This document shows, one piece after another, positions 55,722-64,000 of a stretch of DNA of 64,000 nucleotides. Each line of letters starts with the position of its first letter. Position 1 is the stretch's first letter. The notes beneath the pieces are model-generated. The model made no database searches and was not told where the DNA came from. It saw only the letters and a list, made by a program, of their open reading frames with translations. The position numbers and the translations under genes are program-made. Source of the DNA: Chloroflexota bacterium (GTDB lineage: Bacteria; Chloroflexota; Limnocylindria; Limnocylindrales; CSP1-4); the NCBI GenBank assembly GCA_003152165.1, contig PLZO01000125.1, positions 1,346-65,345 on the forward strand, given 5' to 3'.

Positions 55722-56780
55722 TCAATGGGCCCCGGCAGGATCGGCACTCGCGGTCGCGGGATCAGGCCCGCGGCTCGGCCGACCTCGAGCAGTCACGATC
55801 AGGGCAACGCTAATGACAATCACCGCCCCGGCCAGGGCGGTCCGCGCCTCGATCGTCTCGCCCAGCAGCAGCCCGGCCAGGACGAAGGCCACGATCGGGT
55901 TGACATAGGCATAGGTCGCGATCTTGGGCAGGGGCGCAACGCGCAGCAGCCACACGTACGTGGTGAAGCCGACCAGGCTGCCGACCGTCGTGAGGTAGGC
56001 CAGTCCAAGGATGGATCGACCGGTTACAGCGGCGATCTCGAATCCGCGCAGCTCCCCGGTCAGCACGGCGGCGATCAGGAGCAGCGTGCCGCCGCACACC
56101 ATCTGGAGCCCGGTGGCCGTCAGCGGACGGTGCGGCAGGACAGCGCGATGGCTCGAGTAGAGCGAACCCGCGGCCCAGCAGATCGGTGAGCAGAGCAGTA
56201 CGAGGAGGCCAAACGGGTCGAACGCCAGTCCGCCGGAGGAACCAAGCGGACCGACCAGGATCACGACGCCGCCCAGCCCAACCACGATTCCCAGAACGAC
56301 CGCCGGAGCGAGCCGATTGCCGAAGAAGATCCGGCCGAGGACGGCGATCCAGACCGGCAGGAGGGCAATCTGGAAGGCGGCGATCCCGGCCGGGACGGTC
56401 CGCTCGCCGAGCGCCACCAGGCCCATCCCACCCAGCAGGAGAGCGCCCCCAACGATCGCCGAGTCCCGCCATTGACGGGCTGTTGGCAGGCTTGGCCGCT
56501 CTCCCGCCGGCATCGCCGGATCGCGCCCGATCCGGCGGACGGCGAGCACTTCCCAGGCCAGCAGGGCGGCGCCGGCCATCAGGAATCGGGTGCCTGCCAT
56601 CAGGAACGGCGGGATGGACTCGTCGGCAAGGCGGATGCCGATGTAGGTCGAGCCCCACACAAAATAAAGAACCAGCAGGCCGAGCCAGATCGCGAGCGGG
56701 CCGGCGCTGCTGCGGAGCCGCAGGTAATTGCCCTCGGCTAAACTTGGCTCAGTTGGCTGGTCCAAGTGTGCAGCATACAT
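55722..56780 (-). CDS. EamA/DMT-family transporter
   Basis: About 10 TM helices in two EamA-like halves. The start was set at MYAAHL; the ORF-track N-terminal extension is R/P-rich. Confidence 0.7.
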   Translation of the reverse strand: MYAAHLDQPTEPSLAEGNYLRLRSSAGPLAIWLGLLVLYFVWGSTYIGIRLADESIPPFLMAGTRFLMAGAALLAWEVLAVRRIGRDPAMPAGERPSLPTARQWRDSAIVGGALLLGGMGLVALGERTVPAGIAAFQIALLPVWIAVLGRIFFGNRLAPAVVLGIVVGLGGVVILVGPLGSSGGLAFDPFGLLVLLCSPICWAAGSLYSSHRAVLPHRPLTATGLQMVCGGTLLLIAAVLTGELRGFEIAAVTGRSILGLAYLTTVGSLVGFTTYVWLLRVAPLPKIATYAYVNPIVAFVLAGLLLGETIEARTALAGAVIVISVALIVTARGRPSRGPDPATASADPAGAH

Positions 56781-56820
56781 CGAGTGCGGATCAGCCTGTT
56801 GGCGGACCAGACTGGGTGGT

Positions 56821-57657
56821 TCAGGCGGTCGCCCCGGCCGTCGGGCAGGCGGCGGCTGCCGGGCGGCATTCACGGCAGGCCCGATAGCCCGCCCTGGCCC
56901 CATCGCCGGCAGATCGGAAGGCAACCCGGTGCTTTTCAGCGATTCGCTGCGCGTTGTGGCAGGTCGGAAGGCAGTAGACCCGGGTCGTGTCGGAGCCGAT
57001 GTAGCGGATGCCTGACCGGGCGAGCCCCTCCATGCCCTCCGGATCAAGGCCTTCCGACGCGAGCAGGGTCCGCTTGTTGGCCGCCCCGCCGAGTGAGTAC
57101 TGGCCGAGCATGCCGTCGCTGCGGACCACCCGGTGGCAGGGTACGATCAGGGGCACGGGGTTATGGCCGAGCGCTGTGCCCACTGCCCGGACTGCGTTCG
57201 GCCGGCCGATCTCGGCCGCGATCCAGCCGTACGGCCGGACTTCCCCGCGCGGAATCTCGAGGGCCTTCATCCAGACGTCCGTCTCGAATGCCGTGTGGCC
57301 GCGGAGGTCCAGGGGGATGTTTACCCGGCGATCGCCCGCCAACCGACGCTGGATGCCACTCGCCAGGCGTGGCGGAAGGACGCCTACGCCGTGGGCGCGG
57401 CGGCCCCGGGTTGCCAGCGCCCGGGTCTCGAACTCGGCGGCGGACACCGCCGACTCGACCGAGCTCACGCCGAGGCCGTTGAAAGCCACCCAGATCTGGC
57501 CGATGGCGGTGTCGATCGGGGCGTAGGCATCGGCCAGGCCAACGGCGATCAGGGTTCGATCAGACAGGCCTTTCGGTGCAGCCACGGCGAGATCGTGGAG
57601 GGCGGCCTCGATGAGGGCGTCGGGTGCCGCCGGGGGTGGATTCGTCGATGAGGTCAC
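56821..57657 (-). CDS. methylated-DNA-protein-cysteine methyltransferase (Ogt) fused to C-terminal Ada-type zinc domain
   Basis: PYGWIAAEIGRPNAVRAVGTALGHNPVPLIVPCHRVV contains the PCHR active site. The C-terminal YCLPTCHNAQRIAEKHRVAFRSAGDGARAGYRACRECRP resembles the Ada N-terminal Zn methylphosphotriester domain. Confidence 0.75.
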   Translation of the reverse strand: MTSSTNPPPAAPDALIEAALHDLAVAAPKGLSDRTLIAVGLADAYAPIDTAIGQIWVAFNGLGVSSVESAVSAAEFETRALATRGRRAHGVGVLPPRLASGIQRRLAGDRRVNIPLDLRGHTAFETDVWMKALEIPRGEVRPYGWIAAEIGRPNAVRAVGTALGHNPVPLIVPCHRVVRSDGMLGQYSLGGAANKRTLLASEGLDPEGMEGLARSGIRYIGSDTTRVYCLPTCHNAQRIAEKHRVAFRSAGDGARAGYRACRECRPAAAACPTAGATA

Positions 57658-58337
57658 GGGACCACCTCCAGGGGGACGGGTACGGATTCGGGTCCAATGC
57701 CCGGTGTGCGTGGGGCTTGGGGTTCGGCGGTTGATTCGGCTGGGCGGTCGGTCGCCCCTTCGGCCGCCAGTGCGGAGCGGAGCATGGCGATCCCACGATG
57801 GACCTGCGCCTTGACCGTGCCGGCGGGTCGGCCCAGGGCCTCCCCGATTTCCTCGTACGAGAGGCCGTCGACGTGGCGCAGGACGAGTGGCGCTCGATAG
57901 CGTTCCGGCAGGGCCAGCAACCGGGCCGCCCAGGCCTCCGTTGCCTCCCGCCGTTCGAGCCGACCGTGGGGCGTCTCGCGTACTGGGATTCGGGGGTGGG
58001 CGAGCTCATCAAGCAGGCTCACGGTGAAGGGCCGGCTCATTCGCGAGCGCGCCCGGTTCCGGGCCAGGTTGACCACGATGCTGGCCAGCCAGGGCCGCAC
58101 GGCGAGCTCGCGGATCCGACCAGCGTCCCAGCCGGACAACGCCCGGTAGGCCCGCACGAGTGTGTCCTGGGCAAGATCCTCGGCGTCGGCGGGCCGGCCG
58201 CTCAGCCGGAGGGCAATCCCGTAGATCCGCGAGCCTTCGGCCTCGACGAACGCCGGGAAGGTCCCGTCTAGGTCGGTCGCGAGGGTCGGCCGCAGGTCGA
58301 CCTCCTCGCGCGCCGCGGTTCGGGTTGTCGCGTCCAT
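57654..58337 (-). CDS. ECF-family RNA polymerase sigma factor
   Basis: Region 2 DLAQDTLVRAY and region 4 LSYEEIGEALGRPAGTVKAQVHRGIAMLR. The stop overlaps the Ogt-like gene start. Confidence 0.75.
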   Translation of the reverse strand: MDATTRTAAREEVDLRPTLATDLDGTFPAFVEAEGSRIYGIALRLSGRPADAEDLAQDTLVRAYRALSGWDAGRIRELAVRPWLASIVVNLARNRARSRMSRPFTVSLLDELAHPRIPVRETPHGRLERREATEAWAARLLALPERYRAPLVLRHVDGLSYEEIGEALGRPAGTVKAQVHRGIAMLRSALAAEGATDRPAESTAEPQAPRTPGIGPESVPVPLEVVP

Positions 58338-58458
58338 CACTCGTTCATAACACGGCCCGACCCGGGTTCGTTGCATTCGGGCCTGACTGGTCTGCGCCCG
58401 CGAGGTGGGGTCGTGCCGGCACCCTTGCCCGGGTCGAGCCACCCTCGACGCGCCCGAA

Positions 58459-59187
58459 TCAGGCGGGTCCGCGGGTCCTGCTTAGCCTCGAGACCCGTCC
58501 CGAGCCGTCGATTGCATCGATTTCGCCGGTCGGCTGGAGCAGGAAGATCCAGATGTCCCAGGTCGTGTGGCTGACGATCAACGCTCCAAGCGGGACACCG
58601 GCCGCGTAGAGCGCGCACCAATGGGCCCCGGCTACCCCGGCCGCGCCGATCAGCGTGAAGTTGCCGGTCACGACGTGCACGCCGCCGTAGGCCAGGGCGG
58701 CGAGCGCCGCCCCGGGCCAGCGTCCGTAGCGGCGCATCAGCGCCGACTGGACCAGACCGCGCCAGAAGATCTCCTCGGCCGGCCCGATCAGCAGGGCAAG
58801 TCGAGCGGCGATCTCGGGTTTCGGTCGAAGCGTTCGGAGGGCGTAGATAGCACGGATCTGAGCGTCGCCGCCGGGCACGAACCGGCGCGCAAATCGATCA
58901 CCGGTCCGGAACGTCAGGTACAGCAGGCCAGCCGAGGCGAGCCCGGCTGGGACATGCCACCAGCACGGTCGCAGCCGCCGCGATCGGTTCGACGTGAGGA
59001 GCGCAAAGCTCCCCAGGCCGATGCCGGTCCGGGTCATCCGGCTCCAGAACCGGTCACGCGGTCCGTTGAACGTGGCGCTGAACGTGGCGACGGCCCCCAG
59101 CAGGCCAAGGGCGAGCGGCACTGTGCCCGGGCCCATCGAGCCGGATCGCACCACGGACGCCGTGTCGCCCGTTGTGCGCCTAGGCAT
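58459..59187 (-). CDS. CPBP-family intramembrane metalloprotease (CAAX protease-like)
   Basis: GPAEEIFWRGLVQ matches the EExxxR motif of the Abi/CPBP family. Multi-TM. Confidence 0.7.
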   Translation of the reverse strand: MPRRTTGDTASVVRSGSMGPGTVPLALGLLGAVATFSATFNGPRDRFWSRMTRTGIGLGSFALLTSNRSRRLRPCWWHVPAGLASAGLLYLTFRTGDRFARRFVPGGDAQIRAIYALRTLRPKPEIAARLALLIGPAEEIFWRGLVQSALMRRYGRWPGAALAALAYGGVHVVTGNFTLIGAAGVAGAHWCALYAAGVPLGALIVSHTTWDIWIFLLQPTGEIDAIDGSGRVSRLSRTRGPA

Positions 59188-61282
59188 GCAGGCGCACTGC
59201 CGAGAGCAGGATGCCGATGACGAGCAGGGACCCGAAGGTGAGGTGCAGTCGAGCCGTCTGGACGTCGATCATTGCGATTGCCCGCTGCTGACCGCTCGCG
59301 CCGAGCTCGGCCGAGCGGATCACCTGGGCGAGGAACGGCAACGACACGATCGCTAGGAGTGTCTGGGGCGGCAGCCAGCCCACCGCCACCGTCAGTCCGA
59401 GGGCCATGTACGCACCGAGCACCAGGGCCACGTAGAAGTAGTGTGCCCGCTCGCGGCCGATCCGCGCCGACAGAGTCGAGATCCCGGCCCGGCTGTCCTC
59501 GCTGATATCACGCCACTCGTTGCCGTCGAGGATCGCGGCAACCAGCAAGCCCACTGGCACCGAGGCGGCGAGCGCGGTGGCACTCCACGTTCCGGTGACC
59601 GCGAAGTAGGTGCCTACGACCATGAGTGGTCCCATGAGCAGGAACACCAGCGGCACGCCCAGTGCGCGGAACTTGTATTCGAACGGGGGAGCCGTGTAGA
59701 AGTAGCCGCCGAGCAGTCCGGCCAGGCCGAGGCCGATGATTGCGGGCCCGCGCAGGGCGATCAGGTAGATCCCGATGGTGATGGCCAGACCGAACGCGAC
59801 GAAGGCGGTTACGAACGCCTGGCGCTCGGTCAAGCGGGCCTTGAGCAGGGCATGGCTGGCTCGCGGCGATGTGATCGTATCGATGCCTTTTCGGACGTCG
59901 TAGATCTCGTTGACGATGTTCGTGCCCGAGTGGAGCAGGACCCCACCAAGGAGCGCTGCCGCGAAGGGCAACCACCTGAAGTTGTGGTCGACCGCGGCGA
60001 GCGCACCGCCGGTCAGGACGGGAATCACCGAGGCGGTATAGGCGAACGGCCGAAGGATTTCCCACACGGCGCCCAGACGTCTTGACGCTCGGTCTGCCAG
60101 TCCAAGACGCCGATCGTCGGCCAGGCCGACGGAACCCATTCCAGCCGTGATCGGTTCGGACTCACTGACCCCGACGGAGCCCGCTGCGGCCCCGGCGGGC
60201 ACCGCGACTGCCGCCGACGCGCGTGCGGCGGTGGCCCGGCTCGTGGTCGGCTCAGGCAGGCCCGCGTAGAGCGCCGCGGCGGCGATCAGCTCGTTGATCT
60301 GGCGATCCTCCTGGAGGACCGGCTGGAGGAGCGGCAGGCCGAGGCCGGCGTCGGTATGGAAGGCCATCGCCTTGGCGGCCACGTCCTCACGCGTGCCACA
60401 CAGCATGTACGCGTCGAGCAGCTCGTCCGGGATCAGGGCACCGGCGCCGTGGTAATCCTCGGCGCGCCAGGCGGCCCCGATTCGGTCGCGCAGCTCGGAT
60501 TCGAAACCAGCCCGCTTGAGGGACACGTCGCCCAGCACCGACATCATGTAGATCACGAACGGCTCGCGCTTGGCCCGATTGAGCGCCTCACGCCGCGTCG
60601 AGTCGACCAGCGACAGGAGGTAGCCTTCCGTCTCGAGCTCGCCAGGATCGCGTCCTGCCTCGACCGCGGCGGCGGCCAATCGTTCCAGGATCCCACGCAG
60701 GGATGCGATTGATTCGGCCGGTCGGGCGATGTAGCCGTCGGCCTTCTGGCCGGCGAGGGTCACGAATTCGCGGCGATAGGCTGCGATATGGATCGGGATC
60801 CGATGAGTTGGCGGGAACATGGGCTGGATCGGCGGCAGGCCGGGCGTGGCCGATGGCAGACGCTCGCCGCGCCACAGCTGGCGCAATTGGTCGATCGCGG
60901 TCGAAACGCCGTCGAGGGCGGCCTCGGGCGAATAGGGGATCCCCATTTGCTTCAGGCGCAGCGGCAACCCGGTGCCCAGGGCCATCACGATCCGGCCGGG
61001 CAGGATCTCGTCGAGGGCCGAGCCGGTCATTGCGAGGACGACCGGGTGACGGGTATTCGGGTTGACGGCGCCGAGGGCCACCCGGAAGCCCGACTCGCCG
61101 TCGAGCTCGAGGGCCAGGGCGATGGCGGTCACGAAGGTGATTGCGTCGCGTTCGAAATACGAGTCGTGGACCCACACGGAATCGAGGCCCGCGTCGCGCG
61201 CATCGCGGGCCCAGCCAACCACATCTCCGACATCATCGCGGGCGGCGAGCCCAAGACCGACCGGGCGGGCGAGGCTGGACAT
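59180..61282 (-). CDS. fusion: LLM-class flavin/F420-dependent oxidoreductase (N) + UbiA-family prenyltransferase (C)
   Basis: The N-terminus has a luciferase-like TIM-barrel pattern (VWVHDSYFERDAITFV). The C-terminal multi-TM region with NEIYDVRKGIDTITSPR is UbiA/MenA-like. RBS gaaggaag lies 9 nt before ATG 61282. Confidence 0.7.
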   Translation of the reverse strand: MSSLARPVGLGLAARDDVGDVVGWARDARDAGLDSVWVHDSYFERDAITFVTAIALALELDGESGFRVALGAVNPNTRHPVVLAMTGSALDEILPGRIVMALGTGLPLRLKQMGIPYSPEAALDGVSTAIDQLRQLWRGERLPSATPGLPPIQPMFPPTHRIPIHIAAYRREFVTLAGQKADGYIARPAESIASLRGILERLAAAAVEAGRDPGELETEGYLLSLVDSTRREALNRAKREPFVIYMMSVLGDVSLKRAGFESELRDRIGAAWRAEDYHGAGALIPDELLDAYMLCGTREDVAAKAMAFHTDAGLGLPLLQPVLQEDRQINELIAAAALYAGLPEPTTSRATAARASAAVAVPAGAAAGSVGVSESEPITAGMGSVGLADDRRLGLADRASRRLGAVWEILRPFAYTASVIPVLTGGALAAVDHNFRWLPFAAALLGGVLLHSGTNIVNEIYDVRKGIDTITSPRASHALLKARLTERQAFVTAFVAFGLAITIGIYLIALRGPAIIGLGLAGLLGGYFYTAPPFEYKFRALGVPLVFLLMGPLMVVGTYFAVTGTWSATALAASVPVGLLVAAILDGNEWRDISEDSRAGISTLSARIGRERAHYFYVALVLGAYMALGLTVAVGWLPPQTLLAIVSLPFLAQVIRSAELGASGQQRAIAMIDVQTARLHLTFGSLLVIGILLSAVRLHA

Positions 61283-61421
61283 TGTTCGGTGCTTCCTTCG
61301 GAGATGCTGCAGTCGACCTATCGTAATCCGTTCGGGCGTCATTGGCTACTTCGCATTAGCCAGTAATTCGGATCGCCGTTCGGCAGTGGAATGAGATACA
61401 GCGCGTGAGACAATCGGGCCC

Positions 61422-62432
61422 ATGTCGATCGACGATCGCTTCGACGATTTGGCTGCCAGCCTGGCCGGGTTCTATCGCGCGTGGGCGGTCTATGTCGGCC
61501 TGGACCTGGGGCTCTTCCGCCGGATTCGAGCGGCTGCGCCGTCCGGCCTGACCCCGGTCGGCCTGGCCGCCCAGGCGGGTTGCCAGGCCGAGGTCGTGGA
61601 CACCTGGGTACGCCTCGCCCATGCAGTCGACCTGGTCGAGTTCGACGGGGAACGGGCGAGCATGGACGAGCTTGTCGCGGCGATCCTGCTCGATGACCAG
61701 CGCCCGGAATATCTCGGCGGCCAATTCGTGTCGACCGTGGTCAGCAGCCTCGACTACGAAGGACTTATCGAGTTTGCCCGGTCGGGTCGGCCGATCGATG
61801 GCCGGCCGGCGCGTTACCACCGGGCGATCGAGACGCTCACGGCTCAGGACATCGCAGTGTTCTTCCAGGAGGGGCTCGCCGCGCTGCCGGACCTGGCCGC
61901 CGAGCTGACCCGTGGTGGTCGGATCCTTGACGTGGCCTGCGGCGGCGGTCGCTGGCTGATTGCCGTGGCGACCCGATTCCCGGAGACCAGACTGGTGGGG
62001 GTCGAATCCGAGCCCGACTCGTTGGCTCGGGCCGGTCGGCACGTTCAGGAGGTCGGCCTGAGCAGCCGGATCTCGATCGAAGCCCGGCCCGCCGACGATC
62101 TGCCATGGCCAGCCCAGTTCGACCTCGTCTACTTCCAGGACACCCTGCACGACCTGCCTGACCCGGTCGCCACGTTGCGCTCCGGCTGGGCTTGCGTCCG
62201 ACCGGGTGGTCGTCTCATCGTCCTCGACTGGTGCCTGCCCGAATCGATCGACGAGTCGCGCTCGCTCCACGGCGCGATGATGTGGGGGATCCAGCTCGAC
62301 CAGCTCTTCCAGGGCACCCGTCTGTGGGATCACGTCGGCTTCGCCAACCTATTCCACCTCGCCGGGATCGGCGAGCCCGGGATCATCGACCTGCCGTCCG
62401 GGGCGACGCTCTTCGTGGCCCAGCGCAGCTGA
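61422..62432 (+). CDS. class I SAM-dependent methyltransferase (O-methyltransferase-like)
   Basis: Motifs ILDVACGGGRWL (motif I) and DLVYFQDTLHDLPD. N-terminal dimerisation-like region. Confidence 0.7.
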   Translation: MSIDDRFDDLAASLAGFYRAWAVYVGLDLGLFRRIRAAAPSGLTPVGLAAQAGCQAEVVDTWVRLAHAVDLVEFDGERASMDELVAAILLDDQRPEYLGGQFVSTVVSSLDYEGLIEFARSGRPIDGRPARYHRAIETLTAQDIAVFFQEGLAALPDLAAELTRGGRILDVACGGGRWLIAVATRFPETRLVGVESEPDSLARAGRHVQEVGLSSRISIEARPADDLPWPAQFDLVYFQDTLHDLPDPVATLRSGWACVRPGGRLIVLDWCLPESIDESRSLHGAMMWGIQLDQLFQGTRLWDHVGFANLFHLAGIGEPGIIDLPSGATLFVAQRS

Positions 62433-62755
62433 GGCCGTTTGGGCTCCGGGCCGATCCTAGGCCCCTCGCTCCCGCAGGTTTCGGCCTAGGCTTTACCGCG
62501 CATTGAGCCGGTTCATTCCGGGTGCATGGTCCCACGCCTCGAAGCGGTCTGGCTCCCGCAGATGCGGTAGCTTCCGCCAGATGGTCACGAGGGCGTTCTG
62601 CAGAACGTACTCGGCGAGGCCGGGATCGCCCAGGATGCGGCGAGCGATCCCGAACAGCGTAGTCGGACGCTGTTGGTGATCGGCGGCAACTTCCAGGGCA
62701 CTTATCCCTGCAGCTAGCACGGGAGCTGCAGCGGGCGCCGTATCCTTCGAGCCGC

Positions 62756-63358
62756 ATGCCACCTGCTCGGTTGCTGATCCGCTGGACCGATGGCGGTCTT
62801 GCGCCCCTCCTAGAATCGATCGGCGTCTCGATCGCTGAAGGGGTCGCCGACCTTCCCTCGGCGAGGATCGAGCTTGGGCCCCGGAGCGATGACGCAGCCG
62901 GCGCCCCCATCCTGGACGTGACTCTCGCGCCCGAATCCGGGCCACAGGTCGAGGAGCAGATCGACATCGCGGCAGTTGGCTGGGCGACGGTCGAGCTCGA
63001 CCGCGCCGAGGCAACGATCGGACCACAGTTCGGGACGACATTCGTAGAGGCGACCCGGGATTCGCTCCTCGGCGCGTCGGTCCGCCGCTCAACCAACGGG
63101 GCACCCAAGGTCGCGCTGCTCGAGCCGGACACCGAGGGCCGCCTCGCCGGGGCGCTCGCCAGGCACGGTGAAGGCCTGGTCGTGCTCTACCTGAGTGTGC
63201 CCGGCCTCGACGCGATTCCCGCTCATCTCGCGACGCGCTCCGGGACGGGCCCATTCGGCCCTGCCCGGCTCCTCCTCAACGGTCCGCGCGCCGGGCCGTT
63301 CCTGATCCTGCTCGACCCGGCGCCAGCCAGCCGCGACGGGGTACCATCGAAGCCATGA
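62756..63358 (+). CDS. hypothetical protein
   Basis: 200-aa ORF with acceptable composition. The stop overlaps the GNAT gene start. Confidence 0.4.
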   Translation: MPPARLLIRWTDGGLAPLLESIGVSIAEGVADLPSARIELGPRSDDAAGAPILDVTLAPESGPQVEEQIDIAAVGWATVELDRAEATIGPQFGTTFVEATRDSLLGASVRRSTNGAPKVALLEPDTEGRLAGALARHGEGLVVLYLSVPGLDAIPAHLATRSGTGPFGPARLLLNGPRAGPFLILLDPAPASRDGVPSKP

Positions 63359-63792
63359 TCGAGACCGATGTTACCCTGCGGCTCGCGACCATCGCTGACG
63401 CTCAGCGGATCGCCGCACTTTTCACTGAAGAGGGCTACCCCGCCGGTGCGTCGGCTGTCGAAACGCGCCTCGCCCGCTTCGACGGGCCGGACTCGCCCGT
63501 GATCGTGGCCGACCACGACGGCGAGATCCTCGGCTTCATCGCCGTGCATGTCGTGCCCCGTTTCGAGCACGACGACTCGTTCGTCCGGATCGTGGCGCTG
63601 GTGGTCGACGCGGCGGTCAGGGATCGTGGCATCGGCCGGGTCCTGATGGCCGAGGCCGAGCGTATCGGTCGGGAGCGCTCGGCCGCCTTCGTTGAGATCA
63701 CCGCCGGCCATCACCGGCCCGCGGCCCGGCACCTGTACGACTCGCTGGGCTATGACGCGAACCTGACGGCCTACCTGAGGAAGCGGCTCTAG
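63355..63792 (+). CDS. GNAT-family N-acetyltransferase
   Basis: VALVVDAAVRDRGIGRVLMAEAE is the acetyl-CoA-binding motif A (R/QxxGxG/A). Confidence 0.8.
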   Translation: MIETDVTLRLATIADAQRIAALFTEEGYPAGASAVETRLARFDGPDSPVIVADHDGEILGFIAVHVVPRFEHDDSFVRIVALVVDAAVRDRGIGRVLMAEAERIGRERSAAFVEITAGHHRPAARHLYDSLGYDANLTAYLRKRL

Positions 63793-63831
63793 CCCGGAGG
63801 GCGGCTCCGGCCCGACGGTCCGACGGACGCC

Positions 63832-64000
63832 ATGACGACGCCCGATTCAAGCAGGTTTCCGCGGCTGCGCCTGCGGAGTGCCTCGCCAACCCTGATTGGC
63901 CTGCCCTGGGAGCTGCCGCTCGAATCGTGGACTGCAGGCCGGGCGGACCTGCGCGAGCTGCCGATTGGTCCCTCGCGGCACCTCGTCCGCTTCGTCCAGG
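63832..64000 (+). CDS. hypothetical protein, 5' end only (continues beyond window)
   Basis: The ATG at 63832 opens a frame that runs to the window end (MTTPDSSRFPRLRLRSASPTLIGLPWELPLESW...). Confidence 0.35.
   Translation, partial: MTTPDSSRFPRLRLRSASPTLIGLPWELPLESWTAGRADLRELPIGPSRHLVRFVQ

Overview
This is a high-GC, actinobacteria-like chromosomal segment with about 70 supportable genes, one partial at each window edge.

- **1-13.8 kb, housekeeping.** Partial acyl-CoA dehydrogenase, DUF1015, an alpha/beta hydrolase, tRNA-Glu(CUC), the DUF1611/dipeptide-epimerase pair, a solitary DNA methyltransferase (MTase), a fused 2Fe-2S/molybdopterin aldehyde oxidoreductase, and a small SAM-dependent MTase.
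- **13.9-20.9 kb, small integrative element at tRNA-Arg(UCU).** A large serine recombinase runs antisense into the tRNA 3' end. The element also carries a zf-CHC2/Toprim primase, a near-consensus sigma70-like promoter, inverted arrays of 9-bp repeats inside the primase gene, and an intergenic block of 20-bp direct repeats next to an AT-rich stretch that I read as a putative replication origin.
- **21-36 kb, signalling and stress genes.** A translationally coupled PAS/GAF/EAL phosphodiesterase and GGDEF cyclase pair, CorA, two hemerythrin-domain genes, CsbD, a PAP2 phosphatase, glycine-zipper and tiny hydrophobic proteins, and a LysE exporter.
- **36.4-53 kb, mobile/defense-type island.** The left flank carries a start-less recombinase fragment and the right flank an IS481-family insertion in an NCTAGN site. 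The island carries a likely foreign 432-aa PD-(D/E)xK nuclease that looks like the Shedu/DUF4263 anti-phage family, a tyrosine integrase, and an excisionase. Its standout feature is a translationally coupled EcoRI-family adenine MTase and DUF262(DGQQR)-HNH nuclease pair. This arrangement has no precedent I can recall and is my best candidate for an undescribed system. Nearby are a zinc-ribbon/DUF4145 protein and a phage remnant (small terminase-like protein plus ParB-MTase, no large terminase).
- **53-64 kb, chromosomal genes.** Aminotransferase, acyl-CoA dehydrogenase, an EamA transporter, an ECF sigma factor coupled to an Ogt/Ada-zinc-domain protein with no AraC module, a CPBP protease, an LLM-UbiA fusion, methyltransferases, and a GNAT acetyltransferase.

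All family assignments rest on recalled motifs, not searches. Gene starts are my best guesses from RBS and context.
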